NCBI GenBank assembly: GCA_964519305.1
Contig: CAZFHY010000001.1
Span: 32,001 to 96,000, forward strand
Source of the DNA: Candidatus Undinarchaeota archaeon
Lineage (GTDB): Archaea > SpSt-1190 > JASMDC01
Direction of reading: 5' to 3'
DNA length: 64,000 nucleotides
Below the pieces are notes generated by a model. That model made no database searches and was not told the origin of the DNA. It worked only from the letters and a program-made list of their open reading frames with translations. Numbering within the stretch: the first letter of the stretch is position 1; each line of letters begins with the position of its first letter. Both the position numbers and the translations under genes were made by a program. Positions 25,104-35,400 of the stretch are shown piece after piece.

Positions 25104-26905
25104 TCGAACGGACGATAGCCGTCCTGTTGCTCGCGATCCTCCTTGCAGGCTGTTCATCCACACCTCAGCCACCGGGCGCCGATCCGACCCCCACCGCTAC
25201 CATCGTGCCTTCGCCGACAGAACTCCCCGAGCCCACTCCTGCCCCCAGGGAATGGAAATGCGACGGTCTGGATTCCGCTGTGGACCGTTCCATGTGCATC
25301 ATCGCCATGGCCAGGTCACGGGCCCACACGGGCGGTACATGGGCCGTCGGTCTCTGCGAGTCGCTCACCATCGAACCGTTCCGCAAGGAGTGCGTCGACC
25401 ATGTCCTCCCCGCGACACCGCCCTGGAGCGCACCCGTGCTCGAGCGATTGTGCGCAATTGACATGTCCCGGGAGGGATGCAAGGCTCTGGCCGAGGCCAG
25501 GACGACCGGGAACCCCTCCCGATGCCCTCCACTGGACACGCATATCGGGCGGGGGTGTGTGATGACGGTCGCACGGGAGCTCGCGATGGCGGGCGACCAG
25601 CGGGCGGTCACTGCGTGCACCGTGTTCGAGGACCCGTTCTTCGTCGCCCGGTGCTCACGGGCAGCAGCCCGGGCGGCGGTACCGGACCATCCGGAACTGG
25701 CCCGACAGGTCTGCGGCCCGGTCCTGGATTCGATTTTCCACTTCCACTGCATTCAGGGTGCCGCTCTGCTCGCTGGTTCGACGGATGCTGTACAAGCACT
25801 GTGCGACGATATCAATTTCACGGTCTCGCGGACCAGATGCCTCATCGATGCGCTCGCCCGTACACGGCTGGCCGTTCACACGAACATGAGCATGCCCGTA
25901 TGCCGCTCGTCCCCCGAGTGGGTATCCAAATGCACCGCTGACGTAGCTGCACGAGTGGCCGTGGAGGACCACGGCCCCGTCGCGGACCTGTGCGCCGGGC
26001 TCGAGGATGGCGCGGATTGCGCAGTGGTCGTCGCAAGGGTCGTCGGCCGCACTGACCTGGACGCCGCCATTGCCTTGTGCGATCGCTTCGCCACGGGCAC
26101 GTTCGTCCACGACAGTTGTCTTGCTGCTGCCGTCTCATCGTCCCCCTGCATCGATCCTGCGGCGTGTGCGGACGCGTGCACTGGTGCTTCCACACCGGTC
26201 GAGCGCGACGGTTGCCTGCTATCCATACTGACCCGTATCAGCGCGAACGTATGGCAGGACGTCTGCAAGAGGGCAGGATCAGAGGTCACACTGCAGTTGT
26301 GCGCGGCGGCATCCCGTGCGGTAGAGGGTGACGATGGCGCGGCCACATGCGGCGGCCTGGCGGACCGTAGGGACCGGGAGGCATGCTTCGGGATCATCGT
26401 ACCGGGGCTTGCTCCCGATGCGCTCGCACGATTGGCGGACACCTGTGCTGCAATGGACCCTCCGTTCCCTGCGTGCCTCACGGCCATAGCTACCGAGGGC
26501 GCACGTCGCCATATTCCCGAGCCGGCGGCCCCCTGCCTCTCGCTCCAGGATAATGCTGCCCGGGACACCTGTCTCCTCGAGTCGTTCGCCGAGACCATCG
26601 GTCACGACCACCTTACAGCGCGTGCGATGTGCGACCAGTGCGGGGACGGGCCGGAACGCGATATGTGCATGGCCGCAGCCGTGGCCGCAGACATCGCCCC
26701 CGACGCCCTTCCCGTTGCCCTTGACATCTGTGAAGGCCTCGAGCTATCGGAGGAGACCGACAGCTGCCGGTACGGCGTGGCCCGCGCTCTCGCTGCCAGC
26801 GACCCGGTGATGGCCGCCGAGGTGTGCGAGCACGTCATCGGCGTGTTCTGGCGGGACAGGTGCTCAACGGTAGCCGCGGACCATCGATCGAGTGACTTAG
26901 AATAA
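25100..26905 (+). CDS. Lipoprotein with helical Cys-pair repeats
   Basis: Lipobox LLAGC, Pro/Thr linker, many C-x(7-10)-C repeats (e.g. CGGLADRRDREAC, CLSLQDNAARDTC). Confidence 0.7.
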   Translation: MIERTIAVLLLAILLAGCSSTPQPPGADPTPTATIVPSPTELPEPTPAPREWKCDGLDSAVDRSMCIIAMARSRAHTGGTWAVGLCESLTIEPFRKECVDHVLPATPPWSAPVLERLCAIDMSREGCKALAEARTTGNPSRCPPLDTHIGRGCVMTVARELAMAGDQRAVTACTVFEDPFFVARCSRAAARAAVPDHPELARQVCGPVLDSIFHFHCIQGAALLAGSTDAVQALCDDINFTVSRTRCLIDALARTRLAVHTNMSMPVCRSSPEWVSKCTADVAARVAVEDHGPVADLCAGLEDGADCAVVVARVVGRTDLDAAIALCDRFATGTFVHDSCLAAAVSSSPCIDPAACADACTGASTPVERDGCLLSILTRISANVWQDVCKRAGSEVTLQLCAAASRAVEGDDGAATCGGLADRRDREACFGIIVPGLAPDALARLADTCAAMDPPFPACLTAIATEGARRHIPEPAAPCLSLQDNAARDTCLLESFAETIGHDHLTARAMCDQCGDGPERDMCMAAAVAADIAPDALPVALDICEGLELSEETDSCRYGVARALAASDPVMAAEVCEHVIGVFWRDRCSTVAADHRSSDLE

Positions 26906-26912
26906 GAGCGGA

Positions 26913-26987
26913 TGGGGCCGCCCGGATTTGAACCGGGGTCGCGGGATCCCAAACCCCGAAGGATGGACCAAACTACCCAACGGCCCC
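26913..26987 (-). tRNA. tRNA-Pro (UGG)
   Basis: GGGGCCG...CGGCCCC acceptor; anticodon arm CGGGG-TTTGGGA-TCCCG; T-loop GGTTCAAATCC. Confidence 0.95.
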
Positions 26988-26993
26988 AATGAT

Positions 26994-27100
26994 TGGTAGC
27001 CCCGCCCGGAATCCCGCGCCCCGTCAAATCTGGCGGGACGGTTCGAACCAGGGTCAGCGGCTCCAAAGGCCGCCATGATTGGCCGCTACACCACGGGGCT
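26994..27100 (-). tRNA. tRNA-Gln (UUG) with 31-nt non-canonical T-loop intron (27011-27041) and encoded CCA
   Basis: AGCCCCG/CGGGGCT acceptor (A1-U72); anticodon arm GCGGC-CTTTGGA-GCCGC; insertion between TTCGAA and TCCGGG forms a bulge-helix-bulge. Confidence 0.92.
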
Positions 27101-27156
27101 GGCGGAATTGACGTGTGTTGCTTATTTAAAGCTTGTTCCATTCACCCAATCCGACC

Positions 27157-27822
27157 ATGGGAAGGAGGCAAATCGTACTTCTTATTTGTATACTACTCGC
27201 TCCCGCCATCGCTGTCGAGTGTTCCATCCTCACAGGACAGAACGCCTGCCGTGATGCGCGGTGCGTGTGGGTGAACAATACCTGCGCTGCGTGCAAAGAC
27301 CTGACCGAGAGCGGGTGCGTCGTGGCCAGTGACGCCTGCGTTTGGGACAAGGGCATGTGCACGGCCCAGCCACCTCTGGACCCGACCCTGACGTGGATTA
27401 TCCTGGGTGCGGTGTTCCTTGTACTTGAGATCTTCACCCCAGGGATATTCTTCATCCTGTTCGGAGTGTCGTCGTTCATCGTGGCGGCAGCCGTGGGTAT
27501 AGGCTTCATCAGCGGCACAGCCCTCGGTATACAGACCCTGGTGTTCCTGCTCACTTCCATCGTGCTCCTCGCTTTCGTGAGACCTATGTTCAACGTCGTT
27601 ACCGTTGACACGGGCGAGCGATTTGGCGTGGAGGCCTTCGTGGGGAAGGTAGGTACCGTCACCGAGGACATCGAGCCCGAGGGTGACAAGGGAAAGGTCA
27701 AAGTGACTGGCGAGGAGTGGAGGGCCGATTCCGATGTGCCCCTGGAGAAGGGAACAAAGGTCGAGGTCATCGAGCTGAAGTCCAACACCCTCATCGTGAA
27801 AGAACATACTAAGGAGGAATGA
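27157..27822 (+). CDS. NfeD family protein with N-terminal Cys-rich exported domain
   Basis: WIILG..FLVLEIFTPG, VGKVGTVTEDI.P...GKVKV.GEEWRA OB fold; upstream of an SPFH gene. Confidence 0.85.
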   Translation: MGRRQIVLLICILLAPAIAVECSILTGQNACRDARCVWVNNTCAACKDLTESGCVVASDACVWDKGMCTAQPPLDPTLTWIILGAVFLVLEIFTPGIFFILFGVSSFIVAAAVGIGFISGTALGIQTLVFLLTSIVLLAFVRPMFNVVTVDTGERFGVEAFVGKVGTVTEDIEPEGDKGKVKVTGEEWRADSDVPLEKGTKVEVIELKSNTLIVKEHTKEE

Positions 27823-28730
27823 AAATGGATCCATTAACCGCTATAGTGCTCTTAGTGTTTATCGTTGCCATCATAGGCACGAAGGCCTTGAAGATCGTGA
27901 ACCCGTACGAGAAAGCGCTCATCGAGCGGATGGGCCGGTACCAGCGGACGGCCGAGTCCGGTCTGACGATCATCGTCCCCTTCGTCGACAACATCAAGAA
28001 GGTGGACATGCGCGAGACGGTCGTCGACGTTCCTCCGCAGGACGTCATCACAAAGGACAACGTAGTGGTCACGGTCGACGCGGTCGTCTACTACCAGGTC
28101 ACCGATCCCAAGGCCGTGGTCTACAACGTCGGACAGTTCAACCTCGCCTGCACCAAGCTGGCACAGACCAACCTGAGGAACATCGTCGGTGATCTTGAGC
28201 TGGACCAGACACTGACCAGTCGCGAGCGCATCAACACGAGCCTTCGCGAGATCCTGGACGAGGCCACTGACAAGTGGGGCGTCAAGGTCAACCGCGTGGA
28301 GATCCAGAAGATCGATCCACCCGCTGACGTCACCGAGTCGATGCACAAGCAGATGAAGGCAGAGCGAGAGAAGCGCGCCGCCATCCTTGAGGCCGACGGC
28401 CAGAAGCAGTCCCGCATCCTTGAGGCAGAGGGTCAGAAGGAAGCGCAGATCCGCCGGGCAGAAGGTGAGGCCGAGGCCATCAAGCAGGTGGCCCTCGCCG
28501 AGCGTGACAAGTTCATCTACGAGGCACAAGGTAAGGCACAGGCACTGGCAACGGTGTTCGCCGCCATCAAGCAGTCGCAGGTGGACAAGGACATCCTCTC
28601 GATCCAGTACCTCGATACCCTGCGAACGGCCCTGGCCACGAACTCCAAGTTCGTCGTCATGCCCCTGGAGTTCTCAGAGCTCCTCAAGGGCCTGAAGGGC
28701 ATGGGCGGTACCGGCGAGCTGCTCAAGTAG
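27819..28730 (+). CDS. SPFH/stomatin-like (QmcA/band 7) protein
   Basis: PPQDVITKDNVVVTVDAVVYYQV, LAQTNLRN, WGVKVNRVEI, KQMKAEREKRA. Confidence 0.92.
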   Translation: MKMDPLTAIVLLVFIVAIIGTKALKIVNPYEKALIERMGRYQRTAESGLTIIVPFVDNIKKVDMRETVVDVPPQDVITKDNVVVTVDAVVYYQVTDPKAVVYNVGQFNLACTKLAQTNLRNIVGDLELDQTLTSRERINTSLREILDEATDKWGVKVNRVEIQKIDPPADVTESMHKQMKAEREKRAAILEADGQKQSRILEAEGQKEAQIRRAEGEAEAIKQVALAERDKFIYEAQGKAQALATVFAAIKQSQVDKDILSIQYLDTLRTALATNSKFVVMPLEFSELLKGLKGMGGTGELLK

Positions 28731-28742
28731 AAGCACGAGCAC

Positions 28743-28768
28743 GCCCCCTCCCCGTTCGGGGAGGGGGC
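28743..28768. terminator. Perfect 11-bp GC hairpin between convergent genes
   Basis: gccccctcccc-gttc-ggggagggggc. Confidence 0.6.
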
Positions 28769-28794
28769 ACACCCCAATAATTATCCCGCACCGT

Positions 28795-30159
28795 CTACTT
28801 ATTCTCTTTCTCTATTTGTGCGAGCATCGCCCTCAGCTTGGGCGATACCCTGACGCTCTGTCCGCTCTCGAGGACCGTCTTCAGGTCCTTGGCCATGACG
28901 AGCAGCTCACGCTTCAACAAGCGGGGGTCCTTGAACTTCGGCTCCAGCTTGTAGTAATGCTCAGCGGTGCGCTGGACGATGTCCTCCAATAGGCAGAGAT
29001 TGTCCATGTACCCGTTGTATGCCATGAGCTCAGGGTCCATGGCGATGCGCAGCCCGTCGGTGAGGTCGTCCAGGTCCGCGCCGGCTCGTTCCAGTGCCGC
29101 ACGGTCATCCTCCTTCACCGCTTTAGCGATGTTGACGATGATCGTGTCCCGTAGATGTGCGAACTGCATCAGGTTGGTGGGTGCCATCAGATAGTCCAGT
29201 TGTGCGTAATAGGCCCCCAGTGCTATGAGCATGGGTGCTATCATGGACACACGGTCCTGGACCGCCGCCCATTTCGAGGTGGACTCGGCAGTGAGCGGGA
29301 TGAGCACAGCTGTCAGCAGGACGACCACAACGGCGCCGAGCGCACCACCGTCGGCGAGCACGTAGAAGATCTTTCTAGCGTACTTGTACAGGAGCCATGA
29401 CGCAAGGATGCAGACCGCGATGAGTGTGAGGCCGTGGTCGTGAACGGTGATCGGGATCAGGAGCCCGAAGAGGGCGAGTATGTTCCATAAGCCCCGGTAG
29501 ACGATGAACAGGATGAACGAGAGCGTGAGCAGTTCTGCAGGATGATCGTACATGGAGGGGACCGAGGCCTGGAGGACCCATCCCATCGCCAGGAACGCGA
29601 TTATGTAGTACACGCTCACCAGCCAGCCCAGAGTACCCTCAGAAGCCCCCGTTCCCGTGCGGACCTCGACCACGACGGCAAGGACGAGCAGGATGAGCAC
29701 AACGGCAGCTCCGCGTGGATCGAGCAGTGGCGTTTCCCGGGGCACTACCTCGATGGGATAGGCGACCACTTCCTCGGCACATTGATCGGCTTTGACGTAG
29801 TTGGGCCCATCCTCGAACAGCTGTACTCCGTGGTAATGGAGAGGTTTCTTCCCCTGGAATGTGATGCGAAGCACGTGCTGGCCTTCACCCTTTCCCTCGT
29901 GGCACGTAGCGGGTTCGTCCCGCCAGCCACGGAAGTACCGTACCTCATCCTCCGACCACAGGACCTTGTCCGGGAGCTTGTCGGCGGGGAACCAGAGCGT
30001 GATCTCGCCGTAACGCTCCTCTACGTACGCTGTCCGCCCACGGTAGCTGATGATGTTCCATATCCACCCGGACATATCGTCCTTTGGATTGTTGGTGACA
30101 CTGACCTTGCCGGTGAGTAGGTCGAACGCGTCCTTCCCAATTCGTCCGTGTTCACGCAT
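28795..30159 (-). CDS. Hypothetical multi-TM protein, paralog of 30175-31587
   Basis: Soluble N-domain, about 6-7 TM helices, helical C-domain; shares DLxDGLRIAxDP.L.A...Y.DNL.LLE with its neighbour. Confidence 0.7.
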   Translation of the reverse strand: MREHGRIGKDAFDLLTGKVSVTNNPKDDMSGWIWNIISYRGRTAYVEERYGEITLWFPADKLPDKVLWSEDEVRYFRGWRDEPATCHEGKGEGQHVLRITFQGKKPLHYHGVQLFEDGPNYVKADQCAEEVVAYPIEVVPRETPLLDPRGAAVVLILLVLAVVVEVRTGTGASEGTLGWLVSVYYIIAFLAMGWVLQASVPSMYDHPAELLTLSFILFIVYRGLWNILALFGLLIPITVHDHGLTLIAVCILASWLLYKYARKIFYVLADGGALGAVVVVLLTAVLIPLTAESTSKWAAVQDRVSMIAPMLIALGAYYAQLDYLMAPTNLMQFAHLRDTIIVNIAKAVKEDDRAALERAGADLDDLTDGLRIAMDPELMAYNGYMDNLCLLEDIVQRTAEHYYKLEPKFKDPRLLKRELLVMAKDLKTVLESGQSVRVSPKLRAMLAQIEKENK

Positions 30160-30174
30160 AGCAACGTCCTCCCA

Positions 30175-31587
30175 TCAGTCCTCTTCCACGACCTCATGCT
30201 CCACCAGACCACGCAGGATCGGGGACACCCGGATGCACATACCACGCTCCAGTGCGTACCTCAGGTCGTGGGTCATGATCTGGATCTCGCGCGCGAGGTC
30301 CGCTGGATCGTCGAAATCCCGCTCGAGCCGGTCGTAATTCTCGGCCGCACCCTTCACGACGCTCTCGAGCAGTCGTAGGTTGTCCAAATAGTTCCGGAAT
30401 GCGGCCAGGTTGGGGTCCTTTGCGATCCGCAGACCGTCTGCCAGATCGTTGAGCTCCTCACCAGCCTCCCGCAGCGCCTCCCGGTCACCGGACCTTACCG
30501 TTCGGTCCATGAGCGTCGCGATCTCGTCGCGGAGCCGGAAGAACTGCTTCTCCGTGTCAGGTGCATTGCGGTAGTCCTTCCATTTGTAATAAGCACCGGC
30601 GACGATGAGGAAGGGCGCGAGCATGGATATGGTGTTAAGCGCCTCATGCCACCATTCGATGTCCTCCTCGATACCCATGTTCCAGATGAAGGCGAGTATC
30701 ATGATGAACAGCGCCCCTGCAGAACCGCCGTCGGTTAGCATGTAGAAGCGCTTTCGGATCATGCGGAACATGAGGAAGGAGAGCACGATCGATGCTGCGA
30801 TGAGCGTGAAGCCGTAGTGCTCGATGGGTAACAGGAACTCCTTACCGAACAAGTAGAAGATGTTCTCAACACCCTTGAAACCTATATAGAGCACGAACGA
30901 GCAGGCAAGTATCTCTGCGGGGATGTCGTAGTCAGTGGGCGTGCCTGCGACGAGCACGAATCCCATGGACACGAAACACATCATGTACCACAAGGCCACC
31001 AGCACCTGGGTCCATCCGGGAAGCGCCCCCGCTCCCGCCTCCAGTTCGAGCCAGAGCGCAACAACGGCGATGCCAAGGATCATTAGAGCGCCCCATGTCC
31101 CCACGAGCGCTTCCTTCCTGGCCAGCACTTCGATGTTGTAGTGGTCCAGGTCCTCGGCGCGGGCGTGGGCGGTGGCGTAGTTCTCCCCGTGCTCGAACAG
31201 CATCACGCCTGTGAAGAAGAGTGGCCTGCGGTCAGGGAACACGATGCGGAGCACGTCCTCGCCGTCCGCCTCGCCCTCCGAGCAGGAGGCAGTACCGTCC
31301 CCCTCCTCGCTCGTCCTCACCTTCCGGGGGTCCCAGAGCACCTCAAGACGGCCTGAAAAGTCTCGCACCGCCTCCTCGTGCCATGAGACATCGGCGGGCA
31401 GTCGTTCGACCGGGGTCCAGACGGTGAGCTCGCCGCCGTACTCCTCGACGAAGACCGTCTTCCGGTCCCACTCGATAGTGTCCCAGCTCCAGCTCTCCTG
31501 GTCCTCTCCTTCCCCCTCGGTCAGTTTGATGATGCCCTCGGGGACGGTGGTGTACCGTTTCCGATTGATCTGGGCCTGTTCTTTCAC
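30175..31587 (-). CDS. Hypothetical multi-TM protein, paralog of 28795-30159
   Basis: Full-length colinear similarity to the neighbour; ATGA overlap with udp. Confidence 0.7.
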   Translation of the reverse strand: MKEQAQINRKRYTTVPEGIIKLTEGEGEDQESWSWDTIEWDRKTVFVEEYGGELTVWTPVERLPADVSWHEEAVRDFSGRLEVLWDPRKVRTSEEGDGTASCSEGEADGEDVLRIVFPDRRPLFFTGVMLFEHGENYATAHARAEDLDHYNIEVLARKEALVGTWGALMILGIAVVALWLELEAGAGALPGWTQVLVALWYMMCFVSMGFVLVAGTPTDYDIPAEILACSFVLYIGFKGVENIFYLFGKEFLLPIEHYGFTLIAASIVLSFLMFRMIRKRFYMLTDGGSAGALFIMILAFIWNMGIEEDIEWWHEALNTISMLAPFLIVAGAYYKWKDYRNAPDTEKQFFRLRDEIATLMDRTVRSGDREALREAGEELNDLADGLRIAKDPNLAAFRNYLDNLRLLESVVKGAAENYDRLERDFDDPADLAREIQIMTHDLRYALERGMCIRVSPILRGLVEHEVVEED

Positions 31588-32420
31588 TTCCTAAGCCCCG
31601 GGTACCAGTACCTCTTCCCGCTGTTCTCCTTCTCCTCGTCCATCTCCTTGAGGATGCGCACGGCCTCCACGGCCACCTTCGCGCATTCCTTCTCGCCCGT
31701 GACCTTCAGCTCGTCACGGGGACGGTTGGCGAACACCGTGCACACGCAGCCCGCACGCAGCCCGAAAAGACTGGTGAGGGTGTAGAGCGCGGCGGCCTCC
31801 ATCTCGAAGTTGAGCACGCGGGCCTTCTGGAGGTCGACGACGAGGTTGTCCATCCAGCCCTGCCAGAACCCGTTGAACCCAGGCCTACCCTGGCCGCAGT
31901 AGAAGGTGTTGGTGGATGCCGTGATCCCTACATGATAAGGTATGTTCAGGCATTCTGCTGCCTGGATGAGGGCCAGAGTTACCTCGTACGAACCGACGGC
32001 GGGATATTCAGGCCGTACGTAATCCTTGCTGGTCCCCTCGAGACGGACCGCAGCTGATGTGATGATCATGTCACCGATGTCGATGTCCTCCTGGATGGTC
32101 GCCGTGGAACCCACGCGGATGAACGTGTCCACACCGACAGCGGCCAGCTCCTCGATGGCCACGCCAAGTGGGCTGGGGCCCAGACCCGACGATACGGTGG
32201 AGACGGGTATGCCCTTGAACTTGCCAGTATAGGTCCGGTACTCACGGTGGTAGGCCACCTCGTGAGCCTCATCGAATAGCTCTGCGATGACCGGCACCCG
32301 CCCGGGGTCCCCGGGAAAGAGTACGTACCGCGCGACGTCGCCCGGTTTGCACTGGATATGATACTGGATGCCCTCCTCGGATTGCGGCCGGGTGGCTTCC
32401 TTCATCTTGAGCGTGCCCAT
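31584..32420 (-). CDS. udp: Uridine phosphorylase
   Basis: QYHI...GDVARYVLFPGDPGRV, HREYRT, FIRVGS, FY.GQGR, NFEMEAA; start 32420 or 32405. Confidence 0.88.
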   Translation of the reverse strand: MGTLKMKEATRPQSEEGIQYHIQCKPGDVARYVLFPGDPGRVPVIAELFDEAHEVAYHREYRTYTGKFKGIPVSTVSSGLGPSPLGVAIEELAAVGVDTFIRVGSTATIQEDIDIGDMIITSAAVRLEGTSKDYVRPEYPAVGSYEVTLALIQAAECLNIPYHVGITASTNTFYCGQGRPGFNGFWQGWMDNLVVDLQKARVLNFEMEAAALYTLTSLFGLRAGCVCTVFANRPRDELKVTGEKECAKVAVEAVRILKEMDEEKENSGKRYWYPGLRK

Positions 32421-32485
32421 ACGGCTGACAGGGCATCCAAGTTTTATAAAGGATGGCGGCACCACTACCCTTTTAGGCCCCCTCT

Positions 32486-35400
32486 ATGCCACGTATCACG
32501 AACATCACCATGAAGGGCTTCAAGTCCTTTGCGCGGAAGACCTCCGTGCAGTTCCCGGTGGATTTCAGTGTGGTCGTGGGGCGCAACGGGTCCGGGAAGT
32601 CGAACATCGTCGACGCCCTCTGCTTCGTTCTCGGGACAGCGCGTTCCAAGGTGATGCGGGTCAAGAACTCATCCGAGCTCATATTCAACGGTGGTAAGGA
32701 CGGCAAGGCGTCCGAAAACGCCGAAGTGACGGTCACCTTCGACAACCAGGATGCCGGGTTCCGTATCGATAGCGAGGCCGTGACCGTGAGCAGGCTCGTG
32801 AAGTCCAACGGTCAGGGGGTCTACCGTCTCAACGAGAAGCGCGTCACACGTCAGGAGATCCTCGAGGCGCTCTCGCACGCCCGCATCAATCCCGACTCAT
32901 ACAACATCGTGCTCCAGAACGACGTGACCCGGGTCATCGATATGAGCGCCCGGGAGCGGCGTGGGTTCGTGGACGACATCGCCGGTATCGCTTCCTACGA
33001 GGAGCGGAAGGTGAAGGCGCTGCGCGAGCTGGAGAGCGTCGAGCGTCGGATGGAAGAGATCCAGATCAGGCTCACCGAGATGCGCCGCATCCTCGACGAG
33101 ATGCGCGAGGAACGGGACAAGGCCGTGAAGCTCCGCCAGCTCAAGGAGGAAAAAGGGCTTGTGGAGGCGACACTGTGCCGCTCGCGGGTGAAGCTCGACG
33201 AGGAACGCATCACTCGCCAGCAGAAGCACATCGCTGAACTCGAAGAGAAGCGGTCCAAGGTGCATGCACTTCGCCAGCAGGAGGAGGGTACGCTTGCCAC
33301 GAAGCAGGCCAAGCTCTCCCAGGTCGAGAAGCGTCTACAGGATGAAGGGTACGGTGACCAGGTCCGTTTGACGGATAGCCGTGCTACCATCGAGGGCGAG
33401 ATAGCTCTTCTCAAGGAACGGCACAAGAGCAAGGAAGGAGAACTGTCGGCCAAGCAGCAGCGGATCAAGGACCTCGTGCACGAACTGGCCGAGAACACAA
33501 AGGGGCTCGGGCAGGCGAAGAAGGCGCTCATTGAACTGGCCCAGCGTGAGAAGGAGCTCACGGACGAGATCGAGCAGGTTGGGGACCGCATCCGCAAGCA
33601 CCGCAAGGACCATGACTCGGAATGGGCCTCCCTGGAACAGGAGCGTGAGGTGCTCGAGCGCGAGGAGCGGGAGCTTTCCGCGCGCGAGACGACGCTCAGA
33701 GAAGAGCTTGCAAAGATCCGAGCGACACTAGAGGGCAGCACCGGCAAGCGCGTGCGCCTCGACGACCTGCGAAAGAACAAGACCGGTCTCGAGAAGGAGG
33801 AGGTCGAGCTCACGACCGGCATATCCACGAAGGGCGAGGAGGCGGCACGCCTCACAAGGGCCCTGAGCGACACGAAGCACGCTCTTGAGAAGAAGGAGCA
33901 GCAATACTCCCGCGTGCGCGACAAGCTAGAGCGACAGGCGCGGGTCAGCCCCCCTGTAGAAGCGGTCCTCCGGGCCGGTATCCCCGGTGTCGTGGGCAGG
34001 GTCTACGACCTCATCAAGTTCACCCCTGAGCACGCCGCTGCCATCATGGCGGCCGCCGGTGCCAGGATCAACGCGATCGTCGTGGAGCGCGACACGGTCG
34101 CAGTGGAATGTGTCCAGCTTCTCAAGAAGAAGCGGATCGGTAAAGCACGGTTCCTTCCTATGGACAAGCTCCGACCGCCCTCCCACTCCAGAGAAGCGGA
34201 GGGAGTCGGACGGGAGGCTATGGGGCTCCTGCGCGACCATGTCCGTTGTGAGCCCCATCTAGAGCCCATGCTCCGCTACGTGCTAGGGAACACGGTGCTC
34301 GTCGAGACCATCGAGGAGGCCCGTCGTCTCGGCTTCGGCCGGGCACGGATGGTGTCCCTTGACGGCGATGTGGCCGAGTCGTCCGGCGCGGTGATGGGTG
34401 GCCACAACAAGACGGAACGCATTACTGAGGACATCGGTGCGCTCCGCAGCGACATCGAGCGCATGGGCGGGAACGTCGCTAAGATGGAGCAGCACCGGGA
34501 CGTGCTGGAGGAGGAGCTCATCCAGATGCGTCAGCGGCGGGCTGAGGTGAAGATCAGCCTCGAGACCATCAAGGCCGACCTGAGCGACATGGAGGGCGTG
34601 GACGCCGCCACCCTCGAGAAGCGTGAGAGCGAGCTAGACAAGGAGCTAGGTGCCGTGACAAAGGACCTCGAGGTCCGTCGGGGCAAGCTCACCTCGATCC
34701 AGGAGAAGGTCAGCGCCCGTAATACCGAGGTGGAGAACGAGGCGCTCGACAAGGAAGAGGCGCGTCTGACCGAGCTCAGGGACCAGCTCCGGCAGGTAGG
34801 CGCGGAGCGTGCCGTCAAGGAACGGGAGAAACGGCACGAGTTCGAGGCGAACATCCAGATGTACAAGACCACCCTGCGCGAGGAGCAGAAGGCCACCGTC
34901 ACGCTCAAGAGCGAGCTCGCTGTCGTGGACAAGGAGCTTGCTGGTAAGGAAGGGGAGCTCGCCAAGGTCGCAGCTCAACTCGCCGAGATGGACGAGAAGC
35001 TCCAGACCTTCATCGCCGAGCAGGAGTCGGTCCGGGGTGACATCCGGTCGTCCGAGAAACGTATCGCGACGCTCGACCGGGAGTCGGACGGCCTGTCCAT
35101 CACCCTGGAGAACGACAGCGAGAAGCTCGGGGAGATGGAGGGCGAGCTCGGGGAGCTTAGGCGTGAACTCGGGCAGTTCTCCCTGTTCCTGCCCGACGAG
35201 GAGGACCAGACGGTCACGCGCCTGGACGCCCGTCTCAAGTCGGTGCAGCGACGTATCGAGCGACTGGGCGGAGTGTCCGAGTACATGCTCGAACGGTACG
35301 AGGAGCGCGAGAAGGAGTACAACGAGAGCATCGAGCGCAAGACCCTCCTCGAAAAAGAGAAGGGCGTCATCCTCACGACCATGGAAGAACTGGAGGCGAA

